DNA of 64,000 nucleotides from the NCBI RefSeq assembly GCF_009914755.1, contig NC_060931.1. The stretch is one strand, 5' to 3'. The notes under the pieces are model-generated. The model was not told the DNA's origin and did not search any database. It saw only the letters and a program-made list of their open reading frames with translations. Position 1 is the first letter of the stretch. Every line of letters starts with the position of its first letter. Made by a program: the position numbers and the translations under genes. Shown here one piece after another: positions 30,015-43,519 of the stretch. This DNA comes from the human T2T-CHM13v2.0 reference genome, Homo sapiens.

Positions 30015-30328
30015 TCATTCAAGTGCACTCTGGCACAATTTGCTGGGGAGATGGACGATTACAATATAGTATTATAAGTAGTATGTTAAGCACCATCCCA
30101 AAGGCCAGGGGAGCCCAGAGGAAGGCCTGAGGCCAAGTCAGATTGCCTGGAGATACCAGATGGGACCTCAGGCTCAAGGATAAAGAGGAGTTCTTGGATT
30201 TGTTGAGGGCTATGTTGAGCAGGGTGGGAGAAGGGAGAGTTCTATGCTCATTACCAAAGTGAAATTCATAGAATTTTAAGGTGTAATAGATTATAGAGAT
30301 TGTTGAATGAATCTAATGGTTTTCAAAC

Positions 30329-30628
30329 TTTTTTTTTCTTTTTTTTTTGAGACGGAGTCTCATTCTGTCGCCCAGGCTGGAGTGCAGTGGCACCATCTCA
30401 GCTCACTGCAACCCGTCTCCTGGGTTCAAGAAACTCTCCTGTCTCAGCCTCCCGAGTAGCTGAGATTACAGGTGTGTACCACCATGCCTGGCTAATTTTT
30501 GTATTGTTAGTAGAGGCGGGGTTTCACCAGGTGGGCCAGGCTGGTCTTGAACTCCTGACCTCAGGTGATCTGCCTGCCTCGGCCTCCCAAAGTGCTGGGA
30601 TTACAGGTGTGAGCCACCGTACACAGCC
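30329..30628 (-). mobile_element. AluSx-like (with a FLAM at ~30745-30881) inside a hAT-Charlie-like relic (~30315-31005)
   Basis: Alu sequence visible; FLAM TSD ACTTTGATATTTT. Confidence 0.88.
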
Positions 30629-30768
30629 AACTTTTTTAAAAACTATAACCTATATTAGGAGAAATATTCTATGTCTCAGCTCAGAATATATATAAAGTTT
30701 CATAAAACAATGTTTAGCTTCACTAAATTCCATGCACTTTGATATTTTTATTTATTTATTTTGTATAG

Positions 30769-30993
<225 letters not shown>

Positions 30994-33900
30994 TGAAAGA
31001 CCTGGACCTTATCCCTTCAATGTTTCCTTGAGGAAACGATGACCAAGAATAGCTACATGGCATGGCCTGAAAGAGTAAAGAAAAGTGTGTCTGAATTACA
31101 GTGTGAAGGACTGGTGTTAGAGACGAAAAAAACCTGTATGGCATTGGTTGGTGGATACTTCAGAGGGACTTGCCTTCCGGAGAAATCCTACTCATTTTTC
31201 TGGGAAGTAAAGATAACAGTCCTGTAGAGAGGGCAAGATGATAAATTAATAAATGAGGTATCTGGGTCATTTCTAGGCCCACTGGATATATCAGTATTAC
31301 TGAGTGAGAATTGTCAGTTTAGCTGGGGTTTGGGCCCTCTTAGAACCACCTGGGGCCTTTGTCTAGTACATATATGACTTCCAGCCATTCTGATATGCAC
31401 CCTCCCTCTTCAAGAGCCTAAGTTTCTGCTGATAACAAGTCTTACTGAGGCTCGAGCTGATGGGGGTATATCCTATCTCTCCAGTATGTTGGGGCAGGCA
31501 GGGAAAACAAAGGTGAGAACTGCTGATCTCTTGAGCAACAGTTTCCAACATTTTAGATTTCACAGGTCAGTAAAAATTCAAAAACAGTTTAGGAATCAAC
31601 ATCAGGGTGCCAATATTTCTTTGTCCCAAAAAACGAAATCTACATTTAAAAAGGAAGAAACAAAAAACCAAATACTCCCCAAATCTATGGCCATCTACAA
31701 CTATCATAGGGTAGGAAGGATCTAATCTTAGACTAAAGATAGTCTTGTGCATGAAATACATTTAACTTTTTATGGATAACAAAGCTACTGCACTGTCCTA
31801 ATTTTTCTTATTTCACTATGAGCACCTTATTACAGACTGGTGCTGGTCTGTAGACCAGTGCCTGGAATTACTGCTCCAACAGATATAAACTTCTTCCTGA
31901 GGCTATTCATTCTTCCAATGCGGAAATTTGTATTCTTTATGTCTTGACTGACATGGAAGACAATTATTTTAAATCATAAAAATATCCATTAAGTTGTCTG
32001 GAAAATTATACACAAGCCATTAGCTAGATTACATTAAATCTAAAAAAAAGACAGTTCTTATTATTTAGTTTCTCAAGGCATCACCATTTCAAATTTGGCC
32101 ATAGATGGCTATCATTCTAGTATTGAGCACTGAAGGTAACAGGCACTTGCTTCCTTCTTTCCTCTGCATGATGACTGAGTTTGCCAAAGTCCTAGAGAAG
32201 CTGGCCTCACTTTCCAAAACTCTCGTTCCTCTCAAGTTCATATGTGTCAAGCTAAGTAAATTTTCTGCATGGTGGGACTTATTTATTTATTTTTAATTGT
32301 TCATCCTGTTTGTGAGCTCCAGAAGAAACTTTTTTTTGCCACTGAAATTCATGAGTTATTATCAAATAAACATATATGAACATTTAATTCAGTATAAAAA
32401 TCCTGCTGTATTAAAATGAAATCCTAATTGTAGCCGTCATTCTCCTTATTAATATTGGTCTAGACAGTATTTTTCACTTTTTCACCCCATCATTAGCAGT
32501 TGGGGGAAGTGGTGTTAAGAAACAGAGCAAGATTTATTATTAGTATGCCACCTGTTAAAAACTGTACTGGAGAAACCAGCTACGTGTACCTCTAAACGTA
32601 CTGAAATGCTATGTTTTACCAGAGAAATTCTAGGTCATTTCTAATGCCTCCCCAGAATGTCAATGAATCACTATTTCAATTGATTACAAACTCTAAAAAG
32701 TAAAAACTCATCATTTTCAAAACCTTTGAATTTGCTGTTTGTACAGGTCAGGTCTGGAGTGCCTTCCTAAAAGTTATTTATTTTCCCCTTTTTCGCTTGC
32801 TTCACAGAAGCAACTGAATTCTGTCAGTGTTTTTAGCTCTCTCGTATATTTCTGAGAGTCAAAACTGCCTTAGGAGGTTTTTTGTTTTTGTCCTTTCTTT
32901 GCTAAGTCTGTATGTTTTTAATGCAGCACATGTTATTTTCTTGTCTGTATGATTTGCTTGAAGGTTTTGATATTTACATATTATGAAAGAAAATGTCCAA
33001 AGTGTATAAAAAACACATTCCTTGTAAAATCTGATTATTTCCTAATGTTCAGGTCTGTTTGTTTCGATGTGGAGGTTGTAGAAGTTTTTTGGCATTAGTA
33101 TTCTAAACAGTTTAGTATTTGTTCATGTGTACATTTTGCCTATGAGAACGATGTGAAAACGTATCTGCATCCAATCATTTGATCAGTCCTGCAAAAGCTT
33201 CTTCCATTCCTACTGTTACTGATGCTGTCCAGCCTTCATTATTTTTTTAATTGAGGTAAAATAGACGTAACACAAAATTTACCATTTTAACCAATTTTAA
33301 ATGGTTTAGTGGCATTAAGTACATTCATATTGTTGTGCAGCCTCCTCATTCTTTTTCACCTGGGTTACTGCAACAACCTTAAAAATGCAGTCTTGCTTCT
33401 AACTGTGCCGCCATTAAGGAAGGAACTAGAAATCGTATCTCTGCTGACTTATTTTCATTGGTGTATAGAAGAAAAATGGAAAGACAGAAGAAGCATTCTC
33501 TGTCATTTCTTCTGTACCTTAGACTTCTGAGTTGCTGAAAATGAAATGCAGACAGTGTTCTCAGGGCCTAAAAAGGACAAGTACCTGCTGTACTGGTTCC
33601 ATCCCCTGCTGCAGATCATTCCTTGCTCAGGACATTTCAGCCCAAGCATTTGTTCTGAGAACATATAGAAAATAAAAAAATTCACTTGGCATTAAAGGGT
33701 CTGGCCACTGCAAGCACAAAGAAGCTTTTAGCAGTAAATTCTATAGCTTTAAAATGTGCTGAAATGATCATTTCAAAAATTAAGAGGCAAAACTCTTAGA
33801 TGGCCAAACTAAGTTTGTAAGTGAAACATAAAGAAGCCTGAACTGCTTTGGCCCCCACCAGGGCAGCTGAAATTGGCTGGTGTGCACTGAGTCTTCAAGC

Positions 33901-34414
33901 CCTCTTGGGGGGCAGTAGATGCATCAGAATTGAGGAGCCCACTGCTGCAAATAGCTTCAGTTGGAGCCTTTGGCAGTGCAGTTTTGTATCACTAGATGTC
34001 AGTGTGGACTTTCCCAACCTCCGCCTTCTTGCCTTTGCAGGAGGTGGACTAGACATCACTTGGGGGCCTTCCTCAAGTCCTGGCAAACATAAGGCTATTT
34101 TCAGAACTGTAATTTCACCAAATATTTTGTCCACCTACATATATTGACTTTTAAGAGTTCTAGAAAATACAAACAGAAACTTTGAACCAAAGGTTGTTCT
34201 TTTTAATGCTGTGCCCTTCTAATCTCAATGCTTACATTTGGAAGCCTGCTTACAAGGATGTTCCAAGGCCAGCAATGGAAAGTTCCATGCGGTTCTTTTG
34301 ACAGCAGCATGCTAGCCCAGATACCTGCAGGCCTAGCTTCAAGAAAGCATGGCTCCCTACACTACCAGGGCTCAGGAGTGAGGGCAGGAAGTCAAGAAGA
34401 AGTGTATGTGATTA

Positions 34415-34736
<322 letters not shown>

Positions 34737-34830
34737 TTAGCCACATAGGGATTTAGTGGCCATATTTATCAGATTTTTTTTCGAAGTAGTTTGTAATCAG
34801 CTGCCTTCTGAAACCTTAAAGAATAGTCAT

Positions 34831-35326
34831 TGTATTAGTTTTCCCATTGCTGATGTAACAAATTATCATAAATTCAGTGGCTTAAAACAACACAAATTTA
34901 TCTTACTGTTCTAGAGGTCAGAAGTCTGAAATGGGACTTAAGTTGACTCACCTAAAATTGAGGTGTCAGGAGGGCTGTGTTCTTCTTGGAGTCTCGGGGA
35001 GAATCCATCTCCTTGTCTTTTCCAGCTTCTAGAGGCCACCTGCATCCCTTGGCTGGTGGCCCTCTTCAGGCTTCAAAACCAACAATAGCCTTGAGCGTTT
35101 CTTTGAACCACTCTGACCCTGCCTGCCCCTTTTACTTTTAAGGAATCTTGTAAGCACCCTGGGACCACAGAGACCACCCAGGTCTAGCTCCCTATCTCAA
35201 GATTCTGAATTTATTGACAACTACAACGTCTCTCTTGCTTCTGTAAGGTAACATATTCAGAGGTTCCAGGGATGAGGACATGGACATTTTTGGGTGGGCA
35301 GAGGCAGCACTTTTCTGCCTACTACA
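34831..35326 (-). mobile_element. MLT1C-like MaLR solo LTR
   Basis: TGTATTAGTTTTC...CTGCCTACTACA; TSD GTCAT. Confidence 0.88.
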
Positions 35327-35819
35327 GTCATTACTTTTAAAGTAATATATGATGCAATTTTTCAGGTATGAATTTTTTAACAAACTAATTCAGTGTCACA
35401 AACAACTGTTTCTACTGGAGACTATGTTGGAAAATAACAAGGGCTGCATTTCCCTCGCTCATGGAGTGATAACAATGAAAATTAATTTGCCACACCCAGC
35501 ATTCATATTTGGTCACCTTCCAACTGAACTGAGCACTAACTCCACTCCTTTGTTGACCCCTGTGCTCAGGGTGTCCATCCCCAGAACAGCACTGAGCAGG
35601 CACAGGGTGAACACATACAGAGAGAGCTGGAGACGTGATTCCCACACCAAGAAACACTGAGCAAAGTGAAATCCGGTGCGCTGAGGGACCAGACTAGGGT
35701 AACCTGTGCATACCCCTGTGCAAATTCAACATACAGCTGGAGGCCTAAAGCCAACAGAACCTAACCCCATGCCTTGCCATAACTACAAGGCTGGTTTTGT
35801 TCTGCCTACGTAAAGCTGA

Positions 35820-36630
35820 ATTCAGCTCCCTCTCCTCAAATGTGCTCTTTCCCCCATAGTCCTACTTAGTGCTAGGACCAGGGACTATCTGTCCCTGGTC
35901 ATCTTGACTCTGTCATCCTTGACTCTTCCTTCTTGGTCACGTAGGACATCCAATTGGCCTCCAAGACCTGCGGTGGCTGCTCTCTCAAGAGTTTTAGAAT
36001 CTGCCCTACCACCACTCTAATTCAGGTTCTCTTCACTTCTTGCCTGGATGACTACGTTAGCCTCTGGACTAGTCTTCCACTTCACTGTGCGTTCCTCCCT
36101 CCCATCAATCCATTCTCCAAAATACTGCTGGAGTTGTCTTTCCATACTGTAAATGCGATCCTGCTACTTCCCTGTTTGGGAAAGTGGTTCCCTTTTGCTT
36201 TCTGGATGAATTCCAACTTCTTAGCTCAGCACACCAGGCCGGTTACATGCAGCTTTCCAGCCTATTCTCTCACCCTCTCACCTGTTACTCTTCATTCCAG
36301 CTATAATTAACTGCTTGAAGTTCTTCAGCTGCTCAAAGCTCTCCCTTGCTTCATGCTCCCTCAGCCTGGAATGCCTATGGGTGCTGAAGCCAGAAGTCTC
36401 TCAAGACTCAGCCCAGCGTCCCTTCTCAGACTACATCTTTGTCCTTCACCAATCCCCATCCCTTCAGTCAGCTCCAGTATGCCTTTACCACATGGTACTC
36501 TGACCATCTCTTCATTTCTATCTAAGTCCCTTGATTAGAAGCTATAAGGTTTTTGAAGCTATATGGTGTTTAGTTGGTTTAACTTTACATCCCCAGATGC
36601 TCAGCTACTCTGTTTAAAGAATGAAAATAT
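35820..36630 (+). mobile_element. L2 fragment
   Basis: Pyrimidine-rich L2-like body (TCTTGCCTGGATGACTAC..AGCCTC, CTCAGCCTGGAATGCC). Confidence 0.55.
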
Positions 36631-38048
36631 CTCCATTGGGGGTCCTAAGTTATTCCGATGTTTCCCTGCACCAGGTATGACCCAGCTCAGGGCTATGTTC
36701 CAAAACCTACCCAGTTTAGACTTGTATCCCTAGAGTTCAGCCAGAGCCCAGCTAACTTCTGGGAAACAGAGGGTGGGGTAAATTGACCAGGAGCTCTTGT
36801 TGCTCTATCTTCTCATGGTGGAAGAAAGGCAGTTCTGCAACTATGACCTTACCCTTTCCAACCTGGCCTAACTTGGGGGCGTAGATCATTCAATAGCAAC
36901 TCAAAGGGAATTGGCCCCCTAATGCACAAACTTGCCCTGGCTGAACAGTGTAGAAGGCAGCCAACTTCACACACAAACTTAATGTGGTGACGACAGTCTG
37001 TTAAGTTGGTAGTAATTCCGGACATGCATTAATCACTGCTGCCTGTCCTTAGCGAGCCATAGCTGTTACTCAAAGTCTCTTGCATATAGATTGTCCTTGA
37101 GCTCTCTATAAGCAGGCACTCTGGAGAGTTAAAAATAAAGCAGAAATAGAGTTCCTGTACTTGGGAGGCTTAAACAATCTAGTCCTAAAATGTAGGGCTT
37201 GCCTTTACGGGGGCTTTTGACTAACTTTGAGGGAGGAAGTGGTAAGGGAAAATGTCTTATAATACGTTTTAATCATTCATGTACAACAGTCATTCACGTA
37301 CAGTATTCATGATTTAAGCAAGTGACAGGAGGCAGTTTGGAGGGTGCATCTGCACTGGAGGAGGGACCACATGCATTATGTAGCAGAGGGCTATTTTTTC
37401 TCCAAGCTAGTCTTCACTTCCGTAGGCTGGGAAAATCCCCTTGGTACCGACCCCATGATACATTTTTCCACTAAATTTTATGTCTTTTCAACAGTATGTC
37501 CCCAGTAAAGATCTTGGATTCCTTTCAAAACACTATGTATGGAATCTGAGAGTTTCCTTTATAATGGAGTAAAAGCATCATGGGTTGTGGTTGGTTGGTA
37601 TTAAGGGTTTTTAAATTAGGGCTCTTACAGATAAAAAAAAAAACAACGTTTGAAAGCCCAAGTGAATTAATTGAGAATAGAACACAATATAAATATTTAA
37701 GCTCTTAGTAATACTACATACCATTTTGGCAAGCAAAAATTATTTTTATTAGCAGGTGCTGACATTATATCTCAAGCTGTTTTTAGAAAGGAAAATGATT
37801 CTGGAATCTATGTTAAACATAGCCATAGGGCTCCAGTCATTGATTAATTAACATGAAATACTTTTGTGACACATTTAAGTCTATTTAGGACCCAAAGACT
37901 CTTTAGTCAAAGTGTTAACTACCCTGTGGAATCAAAAGAAAAAAAATGTTTAAGAGTTTAAATATTGGAGATTTCAAATAGGTAGTCTCTGATATCTTAA
38001 TGATAATTTCCTTTCAAATTTCATCTATCTAGCTATCTATGAGTATAT

Positions 38049-38050
<2 letters not shown>

Positions 38051-38085
<35 letters not shown>
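38051..38085. repeat. (AC)17 microsatellite
   Basis: Directly visible. Confidence 0.97.
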
Positions 38086-38086
<1 letters not shown>

Positions 38087-39573
38087 CCATCCATCCCATG
38101 GTGGAAAGATATAGATGTGTCATGACATATCATACTATCATCATTATTATAGCAGTGATGTAAATACTTATTAGTAAACTACTACTAACGAATTATTACC
38201 AATACATCCTTATGCATCAATAATGTATTAAAATTTCACAAAATGGTAAAATCAATTTCATTGAGTATTAGTATATATTAAACTGTACAATGTCACAACA
38301 TGCTAGAGATGATATGGAAATTATTACAATCTGCTAGGGATAATAACATTGAGATTAAAATTTGTTTCTCTATTAACACATTTGAAAGTACTCTCAAATA
38401 GAGAATGAATCTTTTGAGAATCATAGCCACTCTGTGAGACTGGTATTGCTATATGATCATCCATGTTTTACAGAAGGAACAGGTTTAGCCAGGTTAAGTG
38501 GCTTGCCCTAAATCCCACAGCCAGTGTCAGACAAAGCCAGGGCCTAACCCCAGCTTGAGCTCAACCACTTCACGGCATGTACTTTTAATCCTGTCATGAT
38601 TGGCTCTTGTCTTTTGCTTCTCATTAAAAAACTAATACAAGTACAGGGGAGGGAGGATAAAAATTTGTTAAAGACATTACATAAACTTTTGATGTTTTCT
38701 GAACAATTACCCAACAATGTGACTCCTAAATACTACAAACTAAGATTTTGAATTTAAGATGTAAGTTTCTAATCACCACTAAGATCTTGGACAGTGTATG
38801 TAGGATGTATTAACACATATGTAGGATGTATTAAGATTCATTTTAATGTTTAGATGGTCCATTTGTTTCTTTAAAAAGCAAAATAATAGGAAAATAGGCC
38901 TATTTAAAAATAGGCAATTATACATATAGTCCTATTTTGGTAGAGATGAGGTAGTGTATGAACACTTACTTGAAAAAAAAAAAAAGCAAAGCCATAACCA
39001 TCTCTTAAATCCTATAACAAGGGGAAAAGTGGGATGGCAAAACCTTAGCAAAATGTGTAGGGCTACTGCTGGCTGCAGGACAGCCCTGTAGAGAGGCTGT
39101 GGTCCCCGACCAAGAGGACTAATGGGTGTCACTATGCAAATTTGCTGTCCCACACATCAAAGGTCTGATCCAGCAGAGTTTTAAAAGAGAAACCAAGAGA
39201 GGAAAGAGGAATGCAAAGGAGAGTAAGGGAACACAAAGGGAAGAGGCTTGCCCCAACTAAACTTCAAACTAGACAACAACAAACTGATTGGTCAGGCATT
39301 TTTATTGAAAGCCCAGAAGTAGCTTACCTGTTCCAGTGTGAGTTTGTGGACAATAATTTTGTCAATGTGAAGTGCTTTAACAATACATTCAGACTAATTT
39401 TGCACCCCCAAAGCCTTTGGTCAAAATATCATTGAACTGCATCAGGAGGAATATAGTGTATTTTAAAACCTTCAAATTTGAAAAATTTTAAAGAGCTGGG
39501 GCTCTGGTCTCTTGATAAGTGGTGAAGGCATTAAAACAACAGTTCTGATTGTAGAGGAAAGCGTCATTTAGAC

Positions 39574-39760
39574 CAGTGCTTCTCCAAACAAGAGTCCGAA
39601 GTCTGATGGCAGCAACATCACTGGGCAGCTTGTTAGGATGCAAATTCTCCAGGCCCAACCCTGAGCTATGGAATGAGAATCATTGAGGGTGGGGCCCAAC
39701 AGCCTGTTTTAACAAGGTTTTCCTGTAATCCTTGTGTGTGCTAAAGTTTGCAAAGCACTG
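39574..39760. mobile_element. MER5A hAT MITE with intact 8-bp TSD
   Basis: CAGTGCTT...AAGCACTG termini; TSD ATTTAGAC at 39566-39573 and 39761-39768. Confidence 0.88.
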
Positions 39761-40007
39761 ATTTAGACTACTGTTTATCAAAGTGCAGATTACATCCCCA
39801 TAGGGGGGTGTAAAATCAATCCAATAAGCAGTGACCAGCATTTTACAAAAGTGAAGTCAAATAGAAAGCAGAGTGCATTTCAGGTAGCATGGGTATTATC
39901 TCAAAAACCCGTTGCAGTTCTACATGTGTGTATACCTGTGTGTACTCATTTGGATGAAGCAGCACTTTTAATTTTTGAAGAACTGGTAGGTATACTAAAG
40001 ACGTGAT

Positions 40008-40320
<313 letters not shown>

Positions 40321-40609
40321 TCAACGAAGTCAGAACTGTTTGGTTGACAATAACACACATTGACAGCTTCATGCTGGTGACTGGAGAGAGATGAGAGGGG
40401 TGAGGAGAGAGGAAAGAAGGCCAAGGAAAGAACATAGAAGGCCAGCATTTTATCTCCAGAACCTTCGTGGGGAAAGAAACAAGGCTCACCAGAGAGGAGG
40501 TGGAAGGGGCACCCACCACAAGCGAAATGTCAAGGAGAATAAGAACATGATAAGTTAATGAGTGACATTCAAGAAAGAATCGTTTTAGTACAACTGGTGA
40601 GGATACATG

Positions 40610-40880
40610 TATTCACTCACTCATTCATTCATTCATTCACAAAACATTTATTGCACCATGGCAAGACCAGACACTGTGTTAAACACTGGAGGTACAGACA
40701 TGAAGTTTATCATGGAGCCAATTGAGTAGTGACAAGCAAGATATCTAATAATAATAATAACATGATCAGAGCTATGAAGGAGGTATTGTACAGCACTGAG
40801 TGGGAACACTGAAGTCAGTCTGTGATGCTGGGATGGGGGAGGAGGTGGCAGGAAACATCTATAAGGAGAGGGCACTTAAC
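40610..40880 (-). mobile_element. L2 3' end
   Basis: (CATT)n tail followed by AAACATTTATTG. Confidence 0.65.
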
Positions 40881-41262
40881 CAAAATGATGACCATATCTT
40901 AACATGATACTGCATATAAAGCACTGGGTACCTTTGTTTTTCCATGTATATATGTGTGTTTGTGTACACAGATACACGTCTTTATATGTATACATATATT
41001 CTCCATTTGTTTAAAAACTTGATTCCCATACCCTAAGAGTGATGAAAATCATTACATAAATGACTTATTGCAAATAGTGAAAAGATGACAAAGTATTTCT
41101 GTAGTTTTATAAAACACCACTTGCTATTATTATTTTCAAGTAGAGACTAGACATTTTCATAATGGGAGTCTCAGAGCAGGCTGTTCCCTGGGTATCCAGA
41201 CCCTGCTCTGCCGTGAAGAGACCACACCAACACTGAGGAAGGCACTGAGGAGAATTTTATTA

Positions 41263-41691
<429 letters not shown>

Positions 41692-42624
41692 TTAGTTTGG
41701 TGTTGGGCCTAGATTCTAGGTTTTGTGAGTCAGGTGCAGCGTTCCTGGCACCACAGTATTTGCCCTACCACAGAGGGTCAACCTGGATTATCCCGAGTTC
41801 TTCCAACTCTGCGCTTCCTCCCAGGTTGGTGTTTCATGAGTAAGTCTGAGATCAAGCTGGCTTTTGAGCTTCTGTTTTTTTTTTTAATCAGTGTGTAACA
41901 CCAACACCCACCGAAACCAAACGGCTCTGGGCAGAGGACACAGCCATTCACGCCCCCTGCCAGGAAAAGCTGCAGCTGACACAGGCTCCTACAGCGTCGG
42001 CGGGCCACGTGCGGGAGGAGGGGCCGCCTTCTGGTTGGCGCCCGGTGTCCGTTCCTCCTATCGGCGTAGGCCCCGCGAGGAAGACAAGGGCGCGCCCTGG
42101 CTGGGAGGGCGTGGCCAGAGACCTGTCCATCACCGAGTCCACGAGTGGCAGCACCTACCACACCGCAGTACCTTGGCGAGGCGGAGCAGGGGCAGGCAGG
42201 TCGCGGAAGGGGGAGGCGGAGCAAGGCCGGCGGGAGCCAATCGGCCTGGCGGCACGAGGGGGCGGGGGCGGGGTCAACGCGCGCGACCCAAACACACGGG
42301 CCGGGCGCACCCTGCAGCCGCGCCGCTCCGCGGCCTTCCGGCGCGGGGCCGGGGAACCTCCTCCCCATCTGCGCACCCCCCGCCTTCGCGGCCCAGATCC
42401 TCCCGCCAGCCCGGCCCCTCCTTCGCAGGGGGAGCGAGGCGACGGTTGCCGGGAAGCGCGCGCCACCTCTCCCTCCCATTTTTCGTTCTCCCCTCGCGCG
42501 CCACCCGTTTTTCCTCTTTCTCCGTTAATAACAGCTGGGTGGCTGGGGGAGGAGGGAAGGTGGCCCCGGCGGAGTCTGGGCGGGCGCCTCCCACTCAGCC
42601 GCCAGCCGCCGTGGGAGCCGGAGG

Positions 42625-42759
42625 ATGGCGGCGGTAGCAGCGGCCGCCCGAGAGGAGGCGGTGCCGAGATCGGGGGCGCCGAGCGCGGCAGCAGAGAGCG
42701 GTAGCGGCCCGTCGTGGCGCACCAGAACCGAAACCAGCGGCAGCCGCACGGCCACTTGA
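42625..42759 (+). other. 44-codon upstream ORF in the ZNRF2 leader (MAAVAAAAREEAVPRSGAPSAAAESGSGPSWRTRTETSGSRTAT*)
   Basis: Only ATG found between 42000 and 43050; context AGGATGG (-3 A, +4 G); TGA at 42757-42759; same frame as the main CDS. Translation not shown by sequence alone. Confidence 0.6.
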
Positions 42760-43050
42760 GCCGCCCCTTCCTGCTGGAGCCAGCGAGGGGTGCCTGCAGC
42801 CGGGACCCCTTCCTCTCCGCGTCTCCTCGTCTCCCGCGCCCGCGTCAGGCCGTCGGCCTCGCCCGCCGCCCCAAGAAGAGCGCGCCGGGCGCCGACTGCC
42901 CCTCTGGACGCCGGGCGGCGGCCCTGGACGTGCGGGGGCCTCTCTGGGCCGGCCGCGGCGCCTGGGCCCTGCCCTCTAGCTCCCGCGCTCGCTCCCGCCC
43001 TCCCGGCTCTCGGGGCGCAGCGCGCGGGCCCGGCCCGGGGCAGGGCGGAC

Positions 43051-43519
43051 ATGGGCGCCAAACAGAGCGGCCCGGCCGCCGCTAACGGCCGCACGCGCGC
43101 GTACTCGGGCTCGGATCTACCTTCCAGTAGCAGCGGAGGCGCCAATGGGACCGCGGGCGGCGGCGGGGGCGCTCGGGCCGCCGCCGCGGGGAGGTTCCCG
43201 GCTCAGGTGCCCAGCGCGCACCAGCCCAGCGCCTCCGGCGGCGCCGCGGCGGCCGCGGCGGCCCCGGCAGCCCCGGCGGCCCCGCGCAGCCGCTCCCTCG
43301 GCGGGGCCGTGGGGAGCGTGGCGTCGGGGGCCCGCGCGGCGCAGTCCCCCTTCAGCATCCCGAACAGCAGCAGCGGCCCGTACGGCTCGCAGGACTCGGT
43401 GCACAGCAGCCCTGAGGACGGCGGCGGCGGCCGGGACCGGCCGGTGGGCGGGAGCCCCGGCGGGCCGCGCCTGGTGATCGGCTCCTTACCAGCTCACCTC
43501 TCGCCGCACATGTTTGGAG
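43051..43519 (+). CDS. ZNRF2: ZNRF2 (E3 ubiquitin ligase zinc and RING finger 2), coding part of exon 1; partial CDS, aa 1-156 plus first base of codon 157
   Basis: ATG at 43051 in strong Kozak context (GACATGG) translates MGAKQSGPAAANGRTRAYSGSDLP...RSRSLG...RLVIGSLPAHLSPHMFG, the recognisable ZNRF2 N-terminus (Gly2 myristoylation site; S19, S82 and S145 phosphosites at the expected positions). The exon ends at the splice donor GAG|GTACGG (43519/43520), phase 1, 469 coding nt. Confidence 0.97.

Noticed and set aside
38797-38834. 17-bp direct repeat TATGTAGGATGTATTAA x2
   Set aside because: Simple local slippage duplication with no indication of function.
41778-43145. Overlapping 200+ aa ORFs on both strands (233, 248, 231 and 206 aa)
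   Set aside because: Low-complexity G/A/R/P-rich frames expected from stop-codon scarcity in a CpG island; no recognisable domain.
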